Origin: an uncultured Gemmatimonadota bacterium
GTDB lineage: Bacteria > GCA-2686955
NCBI GenBank assembly: GCA_964490075.1
Contig: CAZBBK010000010.1
Coordinates: 1 to 64,000 of the forward strand
Reading direction: 5' to 3'
DNA length: 64,000 nt
Below the pieces are notes generated by a model, which saw only the letters and a program-made list of their open reading frames with translations, did not search any database and was not told the origin of the DNA. A program made the position numbers and the translations under genes. Shown one piece after another: positions 30,697 to 41,172 of this stretch; position 1 is the first letter of the stretch, and every line of letters begins with the position of its first letter.

Positions 30697-32598
30697 CTAG
30701 CGGATGTAGCCCAAGGCCCGCAGCCGGTCCAGCACCTCTTCGTCCATGTGCGAGGAGGGCTCGACGACGCGCGCGGAACTGTCGTGCTCGTAAGAGGGCA
30801 CGTTGCGCACCGGGTGCTCGGCCCAGAGCTCGCCCGGCAGCATCTCGACGGCGACCCGGCCGTCCATGTCGTCGGGCACCGGCACCCCGAGCAGAGCCAG
30901 GACGGTCGGAGCGATGTCGTAGATCGAGATCCGCCCGCGCTCTCGTCGCCGCTCCACCGGTCCGCCGGCCATGATGAAGAAGCCCTCTGGGCCGCGCTCG
31001 TGGTCGTAGGTGTTCTCGAAGCCGTGATCGGAGAGCACCATGATCACCGTGGAATCGTCGGCGTGGCGGGCGACCCGCTCCACGATGCGGTCGCAGAACT
31101 CGTAGTAGCGCTCGATGGCGTCGTGGAAACGGCGTTCGGGGTGGGCGGCGAAGTCCTCCGCCGGCAGGTCCTTGCGCTTCCAGGTGTAGTGGTGCAGGCC
31201 GTCCATGGCGCGGAAGTAGGTGGCGGCGAAGCGCCAGTCGGGCAGGGTGGGGAACACCGCCTCGGCCAGCTGCACCGTCGACAGGTCGCGCGCCATGTTC
31301 TTGCGCACCATGTCGAACCAGGCGCGATTCTGATCGACGAAGGCGTCGACTGCCGGCCCTTCCAGACCCTCGAGGTCGATCAGGGAGAGCAGCCTCTGAT
31401 CATCGATCTCCTCCGGGGCCACCACCGACGCCTCGAGCTCGGGCGCCAGGGAGTCGGGGTAGACGATGTTGGGGATCTCGGCCGCCACTCCCTTCATCAG
31501 GTGAAAGCGCTCCGAGACCTGGATGCCGCGCATCGGCCGCGCCGGGTGGCTGATGTACCACTCCAGCACCATGCTCTGCATGCCGAACTCACCCAGCAGG
31601 TCCCACAGCGGGCGCGCGCGCACGTCGTTGGAGCCGTAGATCTCCACCGGAGGCGCGACGGCCGGCCACAGCCCCCCGCCCATCTCGAGCGCGCGGATCC
31701 CCAGCTTGAGCACCTTGGTCAGGGCGGCCATGCGCTTGGTCTCGAGCCGGAGCTGCGGCAGGCCGAGCGGCAGGCGGGTGCGGATGAAGCCGTGGATGCC
31801 GTGGCGCGTGGGGTACTTGCCGGTGGCCACGCTGGTCCAGATGATCGGCGAGTAGGTCGGGATGTCGGTCTCGAGCGTGGCGTGCACGCCGCGATCGATC
31901 AGCGCCGCGATATTCGGCAGGCGACCGGCCTCGAGAAGGGGATCGAAGACCGACCAGGCGCCGCCGTCGAGGGGGATCATCAGCACCTTGAGCCCGGTGT
32001 CGTCCGCGCCGCCGACCATCTCGGCGCTGACACTCTCGGCCGGCCAGTCGAGGGTGGCGCCGGCCTCGAGCTCGGCCCGCAGCCGCTCGCTCGAATCCCT
32101 GCGCGGGTCGGGGCCGAGGGTCGCCAGCCACAGCGTCCCGCCGAGCAGCAGCGCCGCGCCGCCGGCCAGGGTCGCCCGCCGCGCCGCCCGCGGGCGGGAC
32201 TCGGCCAGGCGCCGCAGGACCAGGAAGGCGAGCGCGAAGAAGGCCACGATCCCCAGCGTGATCAGGGTCCCTTCGAGGCTGCGCGGGCGGGTGTTCAGAC
32301 GGTCGCGGTAGTGGGAGAGGGCGAGCAGGAAGGCCAGCGCCGCCGGCGCGGCCACCAGCCGGGCGGCCGCGCGGTCGATTCCGCCGGGCACGACGCGCGC
32401 CGCGATGCCGGCGGCCCAGGCCAGCGCGGCGTGGGCCAGGCCCAGCAGCAGGGCGAGCGCCAGGTGGCCGAATCCGAGCGGAAATGCCTGGTTGGCTCGG
32501 GTGAAATAGGCCGCCTCGAGCACCCCGAAGGAGAGCCCCCAGAGCGCTACGACGACCAGGAGCGATGGCGATGCGGTGGGTCGGGCTGCGCTGCGCAT
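30697..32598 (-). CDS. Membrane-anchored alkaline-phosphatase-superfamily (nucleotide pyrophosphatase/phosphodiesterase-like) protein
   Basis: Several N-terminal TM segments; 'IPLDGG', 'YSPIIWTSVATG', 'DGLHH', 'LSDHGF', 'DIAPTVL', C-terminal 'RLRALGYIR'. Confidence 0.85.
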   Translation of the reverse strand: MRSAARPTASPSLLVVVALWGLSFGVLEAAYFTRANQAFPLGFGHLALALLLGLAHAALAWAAGIAARVVPGGIDRAAARLVAAPAALAFLLALSHYRDRLNTRPRSLEGTLITLGIVAFFALAFLVLRRLAESRPRAARRATLAGGAALLLGGTLWLATLGPDPRRDSSERLRAELEAGATLDWPAESVSAEMVGGADDTGLKVLMIPLDGGAWSVFDPLLEAGRLPNIAALIDRGVHATLETDIPTYSPIIWTSVATGKYPTRHGIHGFIRTRLPLGLPQLRLETKRMAALTKVLKLGIRALEMGGGLWPAVAPPVEIYGSNDVRARPLWDLLGEFGMQSMVLEWYISHPARPMRGIQVSERFHLMKGVAAEIPNIVYPDSLAPELEASVVAPEEIDDQRLLSLIDLEGLEGPAVDAFVDQNRAWFDMVRKNMARDLSTVQLAEAVFPTLPDWRFAATYFRAMDGLHHYTWKRKDLPAEDFAAHPERRFHDAIERYYEFCDRIVERVARHADDSTVIMVLSDHGFENTYDHERGPEGFFIMAGGPVERRRERGRISIYDIAPTVLALLGVPVPDDMDGRVAVEMLPGELWAEHPVRNVPSYEHDSSARVVEPSSHMDEEVLDRLRALGYIR

Positions 32599-32599
32599 G

Positions 32600-34732
32600 T
32601 CAGTCGATGTATCCCAGCGCCTTCAGGTCGCGTTGCATTCGTTCGTCGTAGGCGGAGCCGGCCGCGTTTCGACCGCGCGGCACCTCGCCCTCGTAGGTCG
32701 GCATCGAGCGCGGCGGTACGGCCGCGCGCTCCGGGCGCAGCATCGCCGCCAGGACCCGGCCGTCCATGTCGTCGGCCACCGGCAGGCCGAGGATCTGCAG
32801 CGCGGTCGGTACGATGTCGGCCGTGCGCGCCCCCTCGATCCGCGCCGCGTCCCGGAACGCCGGTCCCAGGCCGGCCACGATGCCGTCGCGGCGGTGGTTG
32901 CCCTCCCAGCCGCGGTCCTCCAGGAGCTCCAGCAGGGGCCAGCGCCCGCCGCGGCCGTCGACCACGAAGCGGCGCTCTAGCGCCTCCGAGAAGGGCACGA
33001 TCTCGAAGCCGGCGCCGAGCAGCAGATCGTAGTCGTCGTAGTTCGGGAAGAAGACCGGCTCGCCTCCGCGCTGGTTCATCTGCAGCCAGGTCTCACGCAT
33101 GTCGCGGCCGTTCCAGCGGCTTGTGTAGGGGCCCGGGAAGAGCGGCCTGTCCTCGTCTTCGAAACGCAACGAGCGAAAGTGCTCGGCCAACGCCTCGATG
33201 TCGGTGCGGCCACGTTCCAGGAGCTCCTCGGGTCCGACCCCGAGCGCCTCGCAGCGCTCATCTGTGGTGTTGACGCAAAACTGTTGGTGCAGCACCTTGT
33301 CGCTGCAGTTGTAGATCCGGCTGGCGCCGAAGTCGACCTCGCCCTCCTCGTCGAAGACCGAGTAGCCCCAGTCCTCCAGGAGCGGCGCGGGATCGAAGCG
33401 ATAGGCGAAGTTGAAGTGCACCGCGCGGTCGCCGGGGATCCCCTGGGCGCCGTGATCGGAGAACACCAGCACGTTGGTGGTGGGGTCGGCGAGGAAGCCG
33501 GCCAGGATCCGGTCGGCGATGCGGTAGATGGCCGGGATGTGGTCGGCGCGCTCGCGGGCGCCGCGCTCGTCGAGTCCGAAGCGTTCGGGGTCGAGCGCGT
33601 GGAAATAGTAGTGCTGGGCCGAGTCGGTGCTCTTGATCACCAGCCCGAAGACGCGCGCCGCGGTGTAGTTCCAGAAGAAATGGGAGAGCACCACGAGCCC
33701 GGTCTCGTTCTCCTTGTAGGTGAGGTGGATACGTTTCCGTCGGTCGGCGCGCAGGTGCAGAGCCTGGCGCAGCACCCAGGGCAGACGGTCGCCGAAGCCG
33801 GTCACCAGTACCGCGATGCGGTTGATCGGCGAGTCCAGGCCGGCCGACTCGCGGCCCACGATCGGCCACTCGAAGACCGCGCCCCCCAGACCCTTCGCCT
33901 CGGCGATGTCGAAGATCGTCGCGGCCTGGATGGCGGAGCGCGAGTGGTTGACGCGCTTGCCGGTGCCGCGGTTATTGCGCCCCCAGTTGTCGACGCCGTG
34001 CTTGGCGGGCAGCTTGCCGGTCGCCAGGGTCGACCAGGAGGGCGGGGAGTAGGGCGGTTCGGGCAGCAAGGGGCCGCAGGGGCTCTCGTCGAGCACCCGC
34101 TCGAAGCTGGGCAGATCGGTCTTCTCGGTCATCTTGCGCAGGAGCTCGGGCCCCACGCCGTCGACTCCGAAGAGCACCACGCGCTCGGCGCCGCCGCGCG
34201 GTCCGCCCAGCGCGCCGCCGCCCGCCGCGACGCCCCCGAGCACCAGCCCCGCGGCCAACAGGCCCCAAAGCACCCCGGGACGGCGCTCGAAGAGCCGCGG
34301 CGCCGCCAGCCGCCACAGTCCCCCGGCCCCGATCGCACCACCGAGGATCATCGCCAGCCCCGGCAGCCGCGCCGCCCACGGAAGAGGACCGGTCTGGAAG
34401 ACCACGCCGCGCGCCTGCCCGTCCCAGCCGGTCCAGGCGTAAGCCGCCATCAACGCCGCCCCGACCAGGGCGCAGGCGCCGCTGCTCGCCGCCCAGCGAC
34501 CGCGCGGCCGCGCGCAGGCGCCGGCGGACCCTCCCAACAGTCCCAGCACGGCGACCACCGCGACGCTTCCGCAGAGCGCGGCGCGCAGCACCGCCGAGGT
34601 CACCAGGAAGGGCCGCAACACGACCAGCCCCAGGGCCAGCCAGGCCGTCAGGCCGCCAGTGGTCAGCGCCCCCAGCGCCGCGCCGCGCGCCGCCGCGAGG
34701 GCGCGGGAGTCGAGTCGGGATGGGTGGTTCAT
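32600..34732 (-). CDS. Membrane-anchored alkaline-phosphatase-superfamily protein
   Basis: Start MNHPSR at 34732; TM segments; 'FGVDG', 'YSPPSWSTLATG', 'DSAQH', 'FSDHG', 'GNH', 'DIVPT', C-terminal 'LKALGYID'. Confidence 0.83.
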   Translation of the reverse strand: MNHPSRLDSRALAAARGAALGALTTGGLTAWLALGLVVLRPFLVTSAVLRAALCGSVAVVAVLGLLGGSAGACARPRGRWAASSGACALVGAALMAAYAWTGWDGQARGVVFQTGPLPWAARLPGLAMILGGAIGAGGLWRLAAPRLFERRPGVLWGLLAAGLVLGGVAAGGGALGGPRGGAERVVLFGVDGVGPELLRKMTEKTDLPSFERVLDESPCGPLLPEPPYSPPSWSTLATGKLPAKHGVDNWGRNNRGTGKRVNHSRSAIQAATIFDIAEAKGLGGAVFEWPIVGRESAGLDSPINRIAVLVTGFGDRLPWVLRQALHLRADRRKRIHLTYKENETGLVVLSHFFWNYTAARVFGLVIKSTDSAQHYYFHALDPERFGLDERGARERADHIPAIYRIADRILAGFLADPTTNVLVFSDHGAQGIPGDRAVHFNFAYRFDPAPLLEDWGYSVFDEEGEVDFGASRIYNCSDKVLHQQFCVNTTDERCEALGVGPEELLERGRTDIEALAEHFRSLRFEDEDRPLFPGPYTSRWNGRDMRETWLQMNQRGGEPVFFPNYDDYDLLLGAGFEIVPFSEALERRFVVDGRGGRWPLLELLEDRGWEGNHRRDGIVAGLGPAFRDAARIEGARTADIVPTALQILGLPVADDMDGRVLAAMLRPERAAVPPRSMPTYEGEVPRGRNAAGSAYDERMQRDLKALGYID

Positions 34733-34806
34733 GGAGGGCCTCGCGCGAGGTCGCGGAACGATACCGGACCGTCCTCCACAGATGTCGGCAGAGATTGTGC
34801 GCGGCC

Positions 34807-37800
34807 TTATCGGGTCGGCGCCATATCCCGTCGCCCGCGCCCGACCCCGCGCAGCAGCGCACGCCCCACCCCGAGCAGGGGCTCGATCGAGGCGTACATC
34901 ACCGGCACGATCACCAGCGTCAGAAAGGTCGCCACCGCGAGTCCCCAGATCACCGCCACGCCCATCGGACCCCACCACTGGCTCGACTCGCCGCCCACGA
35001 TCAAGGCGTCGGCGAAGCGCCCTTCGAAGAGCAGTCCGAAGTCGAGCGACACCCCGGTGGTCAGTGGGATCAGGCCCAGGATGGTGGTCACCGCGGTCAG
35101 AATCACCGGACGGAATCGGGTCTTGCCGGCCTCGACGATGGCGTCGAAGGGATCGAGCCCTCCGGCGCGCAGCTTGAGCACGTAGTCGAGCAGCACGATC
35201 GCGTTGTTGACCACGATTCCGGCCAGCGAGATGACGCCCACGCCGGTCATGATGATGCCGAAGGGAGTGCGCATCACCATCAACCCGATGAACACCCCGA
35301 TCAGCGACAGAATTACGCATGAGAGGATGACGAAGGGCACCGTCACCGACGTGAACTGAGTGATCAGCACGATCAGAATCAGCATCAGAGCGATGCCGAA
35401 AGCGTCGCTGAGAAACGCCTTCGCCTCTTCCTCGTCCTCGCTCTCGCCGGCGAAGCTCAAGGAGTTGCCGGGCGGCAGACGCAAATCGGCGACTCGGCGC
35501 CGGGCCCGCTCGCGCACCGCGTTGGCGTTGAACCCCGCCGCCACGTCGGCGGTGACGCTGACCACGCGCCGGCCGTCGATGCGGTGGATCGCGCCGAGCC
35601 CGGTATCGAACGAGATCTCGGCGAAGGCGGTCAGGGGGATGGTCGCGCCCTCGTGGAAAACCGTGATCTCCCGCAGATCCTCGATGCTCTCGCGGGCGTG
35701 CGTGCCGTAGCGCACCACGATATCGTACTCGTCTTCTCCGATCCGGAACTTGGAGACATCACTTCCCTGCAGCGCGGTGCGCAGCGTGTTGGCCACGTCC
35801 CAGGTGCGCAGCCCGTAGCGCCCCGCTTTGTCGCCATCGACTCGCACTCGAATCTGCGGTCGGCCACGGTCGTAGTCGTCCTGCAAATCGACCAGGCCGG
35901 GGACTCCGCGAATCCGTCGCTTGATCTGGTCGGCCAGGTCGCCCAGCACGGCGAAATCGTCGCCGGTGATCTCGATCGTCACCGGCTTGCCGGTCGGCGG
36001 ACCGTCCTCCTGCTTGTCGATCACCAGTCTGGCGCCGGTGAAGTCGGCCAGCCGCTTGCGCAGCTCCGCCAGCGAGGCGCGCGACGATTCCTGGCGCTGC
36101 TCCATCGCCAGAAACTCCATGCTGACCAGGGCGATATGGGCCGGGCCGCCGCTCGGACCGGTCGCCAGCCCGCCGCCCCCGCCCCCGCCGCTGCCGACCT
36201 CGGTCACGAAGGCCACCAGCTCGGGGACCCGCGCCACCTCTTGCTCCACCCGCCGAGAGTAGTCGTCGGTGACCTCCAGGCGCGTTCCCGAAGGCGCTTC
36301 GACTCGGACGTAGGCGTAGGTCGGGTCGGTATCGGGAAAGAACTCGATGCCGGCGTTGAAGAAGCCGAAGAGCACCAATACCCCGACCAGCGCCGCCGCC
36401 GAGGCACCCAGCGTGAGCGCGCGATGGCGCAGCGCCCAGCGGATCACCGGCTCGTAGCTGGTGAGGCCGATGCGCATCAGCCGGTCACCGAGGTGCATCC
36501 GTTGCTGTCGCCGACCCTCGGCCGGTGCGCGCATGAAGGTCGCGCAGAGCACCGGGTTGAATACCAGCGCCACCAGCAGCGAGGCCGAGAGCGTGATGAT
36601 CACCGTGATCGGCAGGTACTTCATGAACTCGCCCATGATGCCCGGCCAGAACGCCAGCGGCAGAAAGGCGCATACCGTGGTCAAGGTGGAGGCCGCGACC
36701 GCTCCCGAAACCTGCGCGGTTCCGGCCAGCGCCGCCTCGATCCGGCCGTAGCCCCCGGCGCGGTGCCGGTAGATGTTCTCCACGATCACCACCGCGTTGT
36801 CGACCAGCATGCCCAGCGCCAGGATCAGCGAGAAGAGCACCACCATGTTGAGCGTGTAGCCGATGAAGCGCAGCACCACGAAGGTGATCAACATCGAAAA
36901 TGGGATCGCGACTCCGACGAAGATCGAGTTGGTGAAACCGAGGAAGAGGAAGAGCACCGCCACCACCAGGATCATCCCGCTCAGGATGTTGTTCTGGAGC
37001 TCCGATACCATGTTGCGTACATAGACCGAGCTGTCGGCGATGATCTGGAATCGCGTCCCTTCCGGAACCGAGACCGACATCTCGTCGAGCACCTCCCGCA
37101 CCCGGTCGGCGATTCCCAGGATGTTCTCTCCCGAGCGTTTCTTGATCGACAGAATGACCGCTTCGACGCCGTTCAGGCGGGCAAATGTGTCGCGATCCTG
37201 GAGCCCGAAGGAGATGCTCGCCAGGTCGCGAACATAGACTGGAACCGGGGCGCCGGTGTTGACCACGATGGCTCCGATCTCATCGATCGATTCGAGCTCG
37301 CCCGGCAGGCGCACCTGGTAGTCGTAGGTGCCCAGGGCCAGCTCGCCGCTCGGCAGCGCCACGTTCTCCAGCGCGATCGCGTCCTGCACGTCGACCAGTC
37401 CCAGGTCGTGAAAGCGCAGCGCGTCGGGATCGATGTCGACCCGCACCTCGCGCTCCACCCCACCCGTGAGATCGACCTCCAGCACGCCCGCGATCTCTTC
37501 CAGGCGCTCCTGCACCTCCTCCCCGACCTTCTTCAGGCGCACCGGATCGTAGTCACCCGAGATCACCAGCTTCATGATCGGCCAATCGTCGGAGCTGATC
37601 TCCAGCACGATCGTGTCGTCGCGAACGTCGCTCGGCAGCTCCGGCTTGGCCATCTCGACCGCGTCGCGGGTGCGCTGCATCGCGTCGATCATCTCGACGT
37701 CGGGGCTGAACTCCAGCACCACGGTCGAGACACCTTCGGCCGAGGTGCTGGTCATCTCCACCAGGTCGGCGAGCCCCTTCAGCTCGCGCTCCAGCTTGCG

Positions 37801-37992
37801 CGTGACCAGGTTTTCCATGTCCTGGGGACTGGTGCCGTAGTAGGGCGCGTAGATCATCACGAAGGGGATCTTGATGTCTGGATTCGCCTCGCGCGGCAGC
37901 CGCCCGTACGAGACCACCCCCATCAGCGTCACCATCACCATCGCCGCGAAGATCGTCACCGCGCGCCGGACCGAGATCTCGGTGATTCTCAA
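34807..37992 (-). CDS. RND efflux transporter permease (AcrB/AcrD/AcrF family)
   Basis: 1061 aa; 'LGMLVDNAVVIVENIYR', 'GIMGEF', 'GIVVNNAIVL', 'RFRPVILT'. Confidence 0.95.
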   Translation of the reverse strand: MRITEISVRRAVTIFAAMVMVTLMGVVSYGRLPREANPDIKIPFVMIYAPYYGTSPQDMENLVTRKLERELKGLADLVEMTSTSAEGVSTVVLEFSPDVEMIDAMQRTRDAVEMAKPELPSDVRDDTIVLEISSDDWPIMKLVISGDYDPVRLKKVGEEVQERLEEIAGVLEVDLTGGVEREVRVDIDPDALRFHDLGLVDVQDAIALENVALPSGELALGTYDYQVRLPGELESIDEIGAIVVNTGAPVPVYVRDLASISFGLQDRDTFARLNGVEAVILSIKKRSGENILGIADRVREVLDEMSVSVPEGTRFQIIADSSVYVRNMVSELQNNILSGMILVVAVLFLFLGFTNSIFVGVAIPFSMLITFVVLRFIGYTLNMVVLFSLILALGMLVDNAVVIVENIYRHRAGGYGRIEAALAGTAQVSGAVAASTLTTVCAFLPLAFWPGIMGEFMKYLPITVIITLSASLLVALVFNPVLCATFMRAPAEGRRQQRMHLGDRLMRIGLTSYEPVIRWALRHRALTLGASAAALVGVLVLFGFFNAGIEFFPDTDPTYAYVRVEAPSGTRLEVTDDYSRRVEQEVARVPELVAFVTEVGSGGGGGGGLATGPSGGPAHIALVSMEFLAMEQRQESSRASLAELRKRLADFTGARLVIDKQEDGPPTGKPVTIEITGDDFAVLGDLADQIKRRIRGVPGLVDLQDDYDRGRPQIRVRVDGDKAGRYGLRTWDVANTLRTALQGSDVSKFRIGEDEYDIVVRYGTHARESIEDLREITVFHEGATIPLTAFAEISFDTGLGAIHRIDGRRVVSVTADVAAGFNANAVRERARRRVADLRLPPGNSLSFAGESEDEEEAKAFLSDAFGIALMLILIVLITQFTSVTVPFVILSCVILSLIGVFIGLMVMRTPFGIIMTGVGVISLAGIVVNNAIVLLDYVLKLRAGGLDPFDAIVEAGKTRFRPVILTAVTTILGLIPLTTGVSLDFGLLFEGRFADALIVGGESSQWWGPMGVAVIWGLAVATFLTLVIVPVMYASIEPLLGVGRALLRGVGRGRRDMAPTR

Positions 37993-39044
37993 AGCGGCGC
38001 CTCCCGGCCGCCGGAATCGGTCCCACGCACCTCGACCGCGTCGCCGTCGCTGATCTCGCGCTGCCCGCGCACCACCAGGCGATCGCCCGCCCGCAGCCCT
38101 TCGGCCACGATGACCTTCTCACCCTGGCCGGCCCCCAGCACCAGGGGCCGCCTGCGAGCGGTCTCCTGCTCGACCACGAACACCGCGCCGCCCTGCACCA
38201 GCGCGTCGCGCGGAATGGCGATCACCTCGCGGTGGGCCCGGGTGGGGATCGAGGCCCGCCCGACCACCCCGGGACGTAGCGCCAGATCGGCGTTATCGAC
38301 CACCAGCTCGACCGCAAACTTGCCGGTCGCCGCGTCGGCCTCCAGCCCCACCCAGTCGACCGCGGCGGCGAAGCTGCGCCCGCCCACCCTGAGCTCGGCA
38401 TCGCTGCCGACCTCGATCCGGTCGACCTCCGCGCCGCTGACCGCCCCCTCCAGCACCAGCATGAAGGGATCGACGATCCGCGCCACCCGCGTGCCCGGCG
38501 CCACCAGCTCGCCCCGCTCCACGAAGCGCTCGGCCAGCGCCCCGTCGAAGGGCGCCGTGATGGCGGCCCGCTGGTAGCGGTGGCGGGCGATGTCGACCGC
38601 CGCGCGCGCGCTCCGCAGCGCCGCCTCCCGGCGCACCATCTCCTGGCCCGACACGGCGTCGCTCTGAAAGAGCCCGCGCGTGTGCTCCTCGTCGAAGGCC
38701 GCGGACTCGAGCCGCGCCTCGGCCGCGCTCAGCTCGGCGGCCAGCAAGGTCCGGTCGAGCAGCACCAGCGTCTGGCCTTCGCTCACCGCCGCGCCATGGG
38801 CCACGGGCGTGGCCGCCACCACCCCGCTCTCCAGGCTCGACAGATCGGCCGCGCGCCGCGGGCGGATCGGTCCGGACACCTCGAGCATCTCGGTCAGCGT
38901 CGAGGTTCCGATCTCGACCACGCGCACGTTGCGCGGCGGCTCGGCGGGTGCCTCGGCCGACGACTCGGCGCCACCGCAGCCCGCGGCTCCGATCGCCAAT
39001 GCCAGCAGCGCCGGCCACGCGGCGCGGAATCGAATAGGCTTCAT
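37989..39044 (-). CDS. RND periplasmic adaptor (membrane fusion protein), lipoprotein
   Basis: Start MKPIRF; lipobox 'AAGC'; 'ITAPFDG', 'LRPG', 'GLRAGDRLVVRGQ'. Confidence 0.9.
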   Translation of the reverse strand: MKPIRFRAAWPALLALAIGAAGCGGAESSAEAPAEPPRNVRVVEIGTSTLTEMLEVSGPIRPRRAADLSSLESGVVAATPVAHGAAVSEGQTLVLLDRTLLAAELSAAEARLESAAFDEEHTRGLFQSDAVSGQEMVRREAALRSARAAVDIARHRYQRAAITAPFDGALAERFVERGELVAPGTRVARIVDPFMLVLEGAVSGAEVDRIEVGSDAELRVGGRSFAAAVDWVGLEADAATGKFAVELVVDNADLALRPGVVGRASIPTRAHREVIAIPRDALVQGGAVFVVEQETARRRPLVLGAGQGEKVIVAEGLRAGDRLVVRGQREISDGDAVEVRGTDSGGREAPL

Positions 39045-40480
39045 CGCGTTCTCCCGGATGCGGGCCCTCGCTCCTCGGGTTCGAGCGCCGCCAGCGGCAG
39101 GCTGGGACGAATCCCCAGAGCGCGTTTCAGTGCGGCGCTCAGGGTCAGCACCTCGTGCCGGGCTTGGATCAGGTGGCTGCGGGCGCGGAGCCGCTCCGAC
39201 TGCGCGTTGAGCACCTGCAGATAGTCGGTCTGGTTCTCTCGATAGCGCAACGTCGTCTCGCGCAGCGCGCGCTCGGCGCCGGTCTGGTTCAGCTCCGCCG
39301 CCCGCAGGATGCCGCGCGCCGTGCGCAGATCGCCCAGCAAGCTCACCATCTCCAGCCGCGCCTCCTGGCGCGCCGCGTCGAGCTGCGCCCGGCTGCGCTC
39401 GACCCCCGCCCGCGCCTCGTCGATGCGGCCCCCCGCCAGAAAGCCGTCGAAGATCGGCCAGGTCATCGAGGCGCCCAGGTTCCACGCCTGGGTGCCGGCG
39501 TCGCCCACCTGGCTGAAGGAGCTGCCGACGTAGCCGTAGGAAGCGAAGAGGTTCAGGGATGGATGCCGGTCGGCCCCGCGCGCCGCCGCGCCGCGCTCCA
39601 GCACCTCGGTCGCCAGCTCCAGCGCGCGCAGCGAAGGCCGCCGCAGCGCCATCTCCAGCGCCCGCTCCTCGGCGATCGTCCCGGTCTCGATCTCGACCCG
39701 CGACGCGATCGTCAGCGGCCGCGACGCCGCCCGCCCCATCACGATATTGAGGCGCGACCCGGCGCGGCGCAGGCTCTGCGCCGCCCGGCTCGAGTCGGGA
39801 CGCGCGTTGGCATGCGAGATCGCCGCCCGCAGGGTATCCAGCGGGGTCGCCAGGTCGTGCTCCAGGCGCCGCCGGCTGATCTCCAGGAACTGCGCGCGGG
39901 CCCGCACCTCCGCCGCCACCGCCGCCAGCGCCTCGGCCGCCCGCACCACGTCGTAGTAGGCGCCGAGCGTCGCCTCCTCGGTCGCCAGCTCGGCCTCGCG
40001 GACCAGGTTCGACTGGCGCTCGAGGGCGGCGTGGGCGCCGCCGATGGCGTGCACCGAGCGCGTCGGGTGCACCGTCCACGAAGCGTCGAGGCTGGTCCGC
40101 CAGAACGATTGCGCCGGGATCTCCTCTGGCGCCGGCAGGAAGGAGAAGTCGCCGAAGAGCGAATCCAGCGGGCTGCCGCCACCGCCGCCGAAGGTCGCGT
40201 CCAGGGCGAAGCTGGGATCGCGCGAGCGGATCCACGAGCCGCTCGCCTCCAGGGTGGGCAGCGCGCTCGCCAGCGCCTGGCGCCCCAGCGCGCGGGTCAG
40301 ATCCAGGCCCTTGCGCTGCGCCCGCAAGCCCGCGTTGGCGGCCAGCGCCTCGGCGACGCAAGCCTCGAGATCGAGCACCTCGCTCGCCCCGGGCAGCGCC
40401 TCGATCGGCGCCTCCTGGGCGCGAGTGGGCGGCCCCGGCGCGAGCAGGAGTGCCAGGGTCAGGAGCAGGGGGAAGCGCAT
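39041..40480 (-). CDS. TolC-family outer membrane efflux protein
   Basis: Start MRFPLLL signal peptide; 'LDL..CV..ALA.N', 'LP.L', 'WPIFDGF', 'Y..G/N....L.VL.AQ'. Confidence 0.9.
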   Translation of the reverse strand: MRFPLLLTLALLLAPGPPTRAQEAPIEALPGASEVLDLEACVAEALAANAGLRAQRKGLDLTRALGRQALASALPTLEASGSWIRSRDPSFALDATFGGGGGSPLDSLFGDFSFLPAPEEIPAQSFWRTSLDASWTVHPTRSVHAIGGAHAALERQSNLVREAELATEEATLGAYYDVVRAAEALAAVAAEVRARAQFLEISRRRLEHDLATPLDTLRAAISHANARPDSSRAAQSLRRAGSRLNIVMGRAASRPLTIASRVEIETGTIAEERALEMALRRPSLRALELATEVLERGAAARGADRHPSLNLFASYGYVGSSFSQVGDAGTQAWNLGASMTWPIFDGFLAGGRIDEARAGVERSRAQLDAARQEARLEMVSLLGDLRTARGILRAAELNQTGAERALRETTLRYRENQTDYLQVLNAQSERLRARSHLIQARHEVLTLSAALKRALGIRPSLPLAALEPEERGPASGRTR

Positions 40481-40765
40481 CGCGTCGAGCTCTCGTATTG
40501 CAGAAGGTGGACCGAGCGTCGCACCCCCCGTGGCGACTCCCGAAGATCGAAGGCGTGGAGCATAGCGATCGGAGGAGGCCGCTGGCGGTGGGATCGCGGG
40601 GGGGCTGCTCGAGATACAACGATCCCGACTCCGGATCCGCAATGCCCGCGCAGCGCCGATCCGCGTCGACCGAGATGGGGGCGCGGGGTCTGGTCGTGAT
40701 CGGGTCGATGGAAATTGGGGGACGAGCGCGGGGCACGCTGGCCGCGCATGAAATAGGAGCAGCCG

Positions 40766-41055
40766 ATGGGTATCGCCAAGGTCCTCGTTGCAACCCTGGC
40801 CATCGCGAGCACGCTCGTCGCGCGGGCCGAGACGATCCGCGTGCCATCCGATTCCCCCCGCATCGAGGGATCCCTGTGGCTGGCGGCCGACGACCTGGTC
40901 TTCGTGCCCAACGTCACCGCCGCAGTCAACGCCGTGATCCGCTCACTGCCCCTGGCCCCCGGCGACGAGCTGCTGACCACGAGTCCGCCGAGTTTCTGAG
41001 ACTGGCCGAGCTGCTGCCGGAGCTGCTGCGCGACGAGGGCGCTGCGCCGGTTTGA
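40766..41055 (+). pseudogene. Chimeric relic: beta-helix-family N-terminus plus fragments of a class-V aminotransferase
   Basis: Signal peptide + 'AETIRVPSD' (matches beta-helix starts in this window), then 'DDLVFVPNVTAAVNAVIRSLPLAPGDELLTT', frameshift, then 'EFLRLAELLPELLRDE'. Confidence 0.55.
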
Positions 41056-41172
41056 CGCTGCGCCGGCGAGGGGCAATACTCGGTCGATCGCCGCGCCGCC
41101 CCCTCGCTCGTCCTCCGCCCGAGGCGTGTCCACCAGCGGTCGTGGGGGAGGGGCCGAGGGCAGGAGTCCCCC

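Noticed and set aside
36160-36200. Gly-rich GSGGGGGGG stretch in the RND permease
   Set aside because: Falls in a typically variable periplasmic loop; no sign of a phase-variable tract
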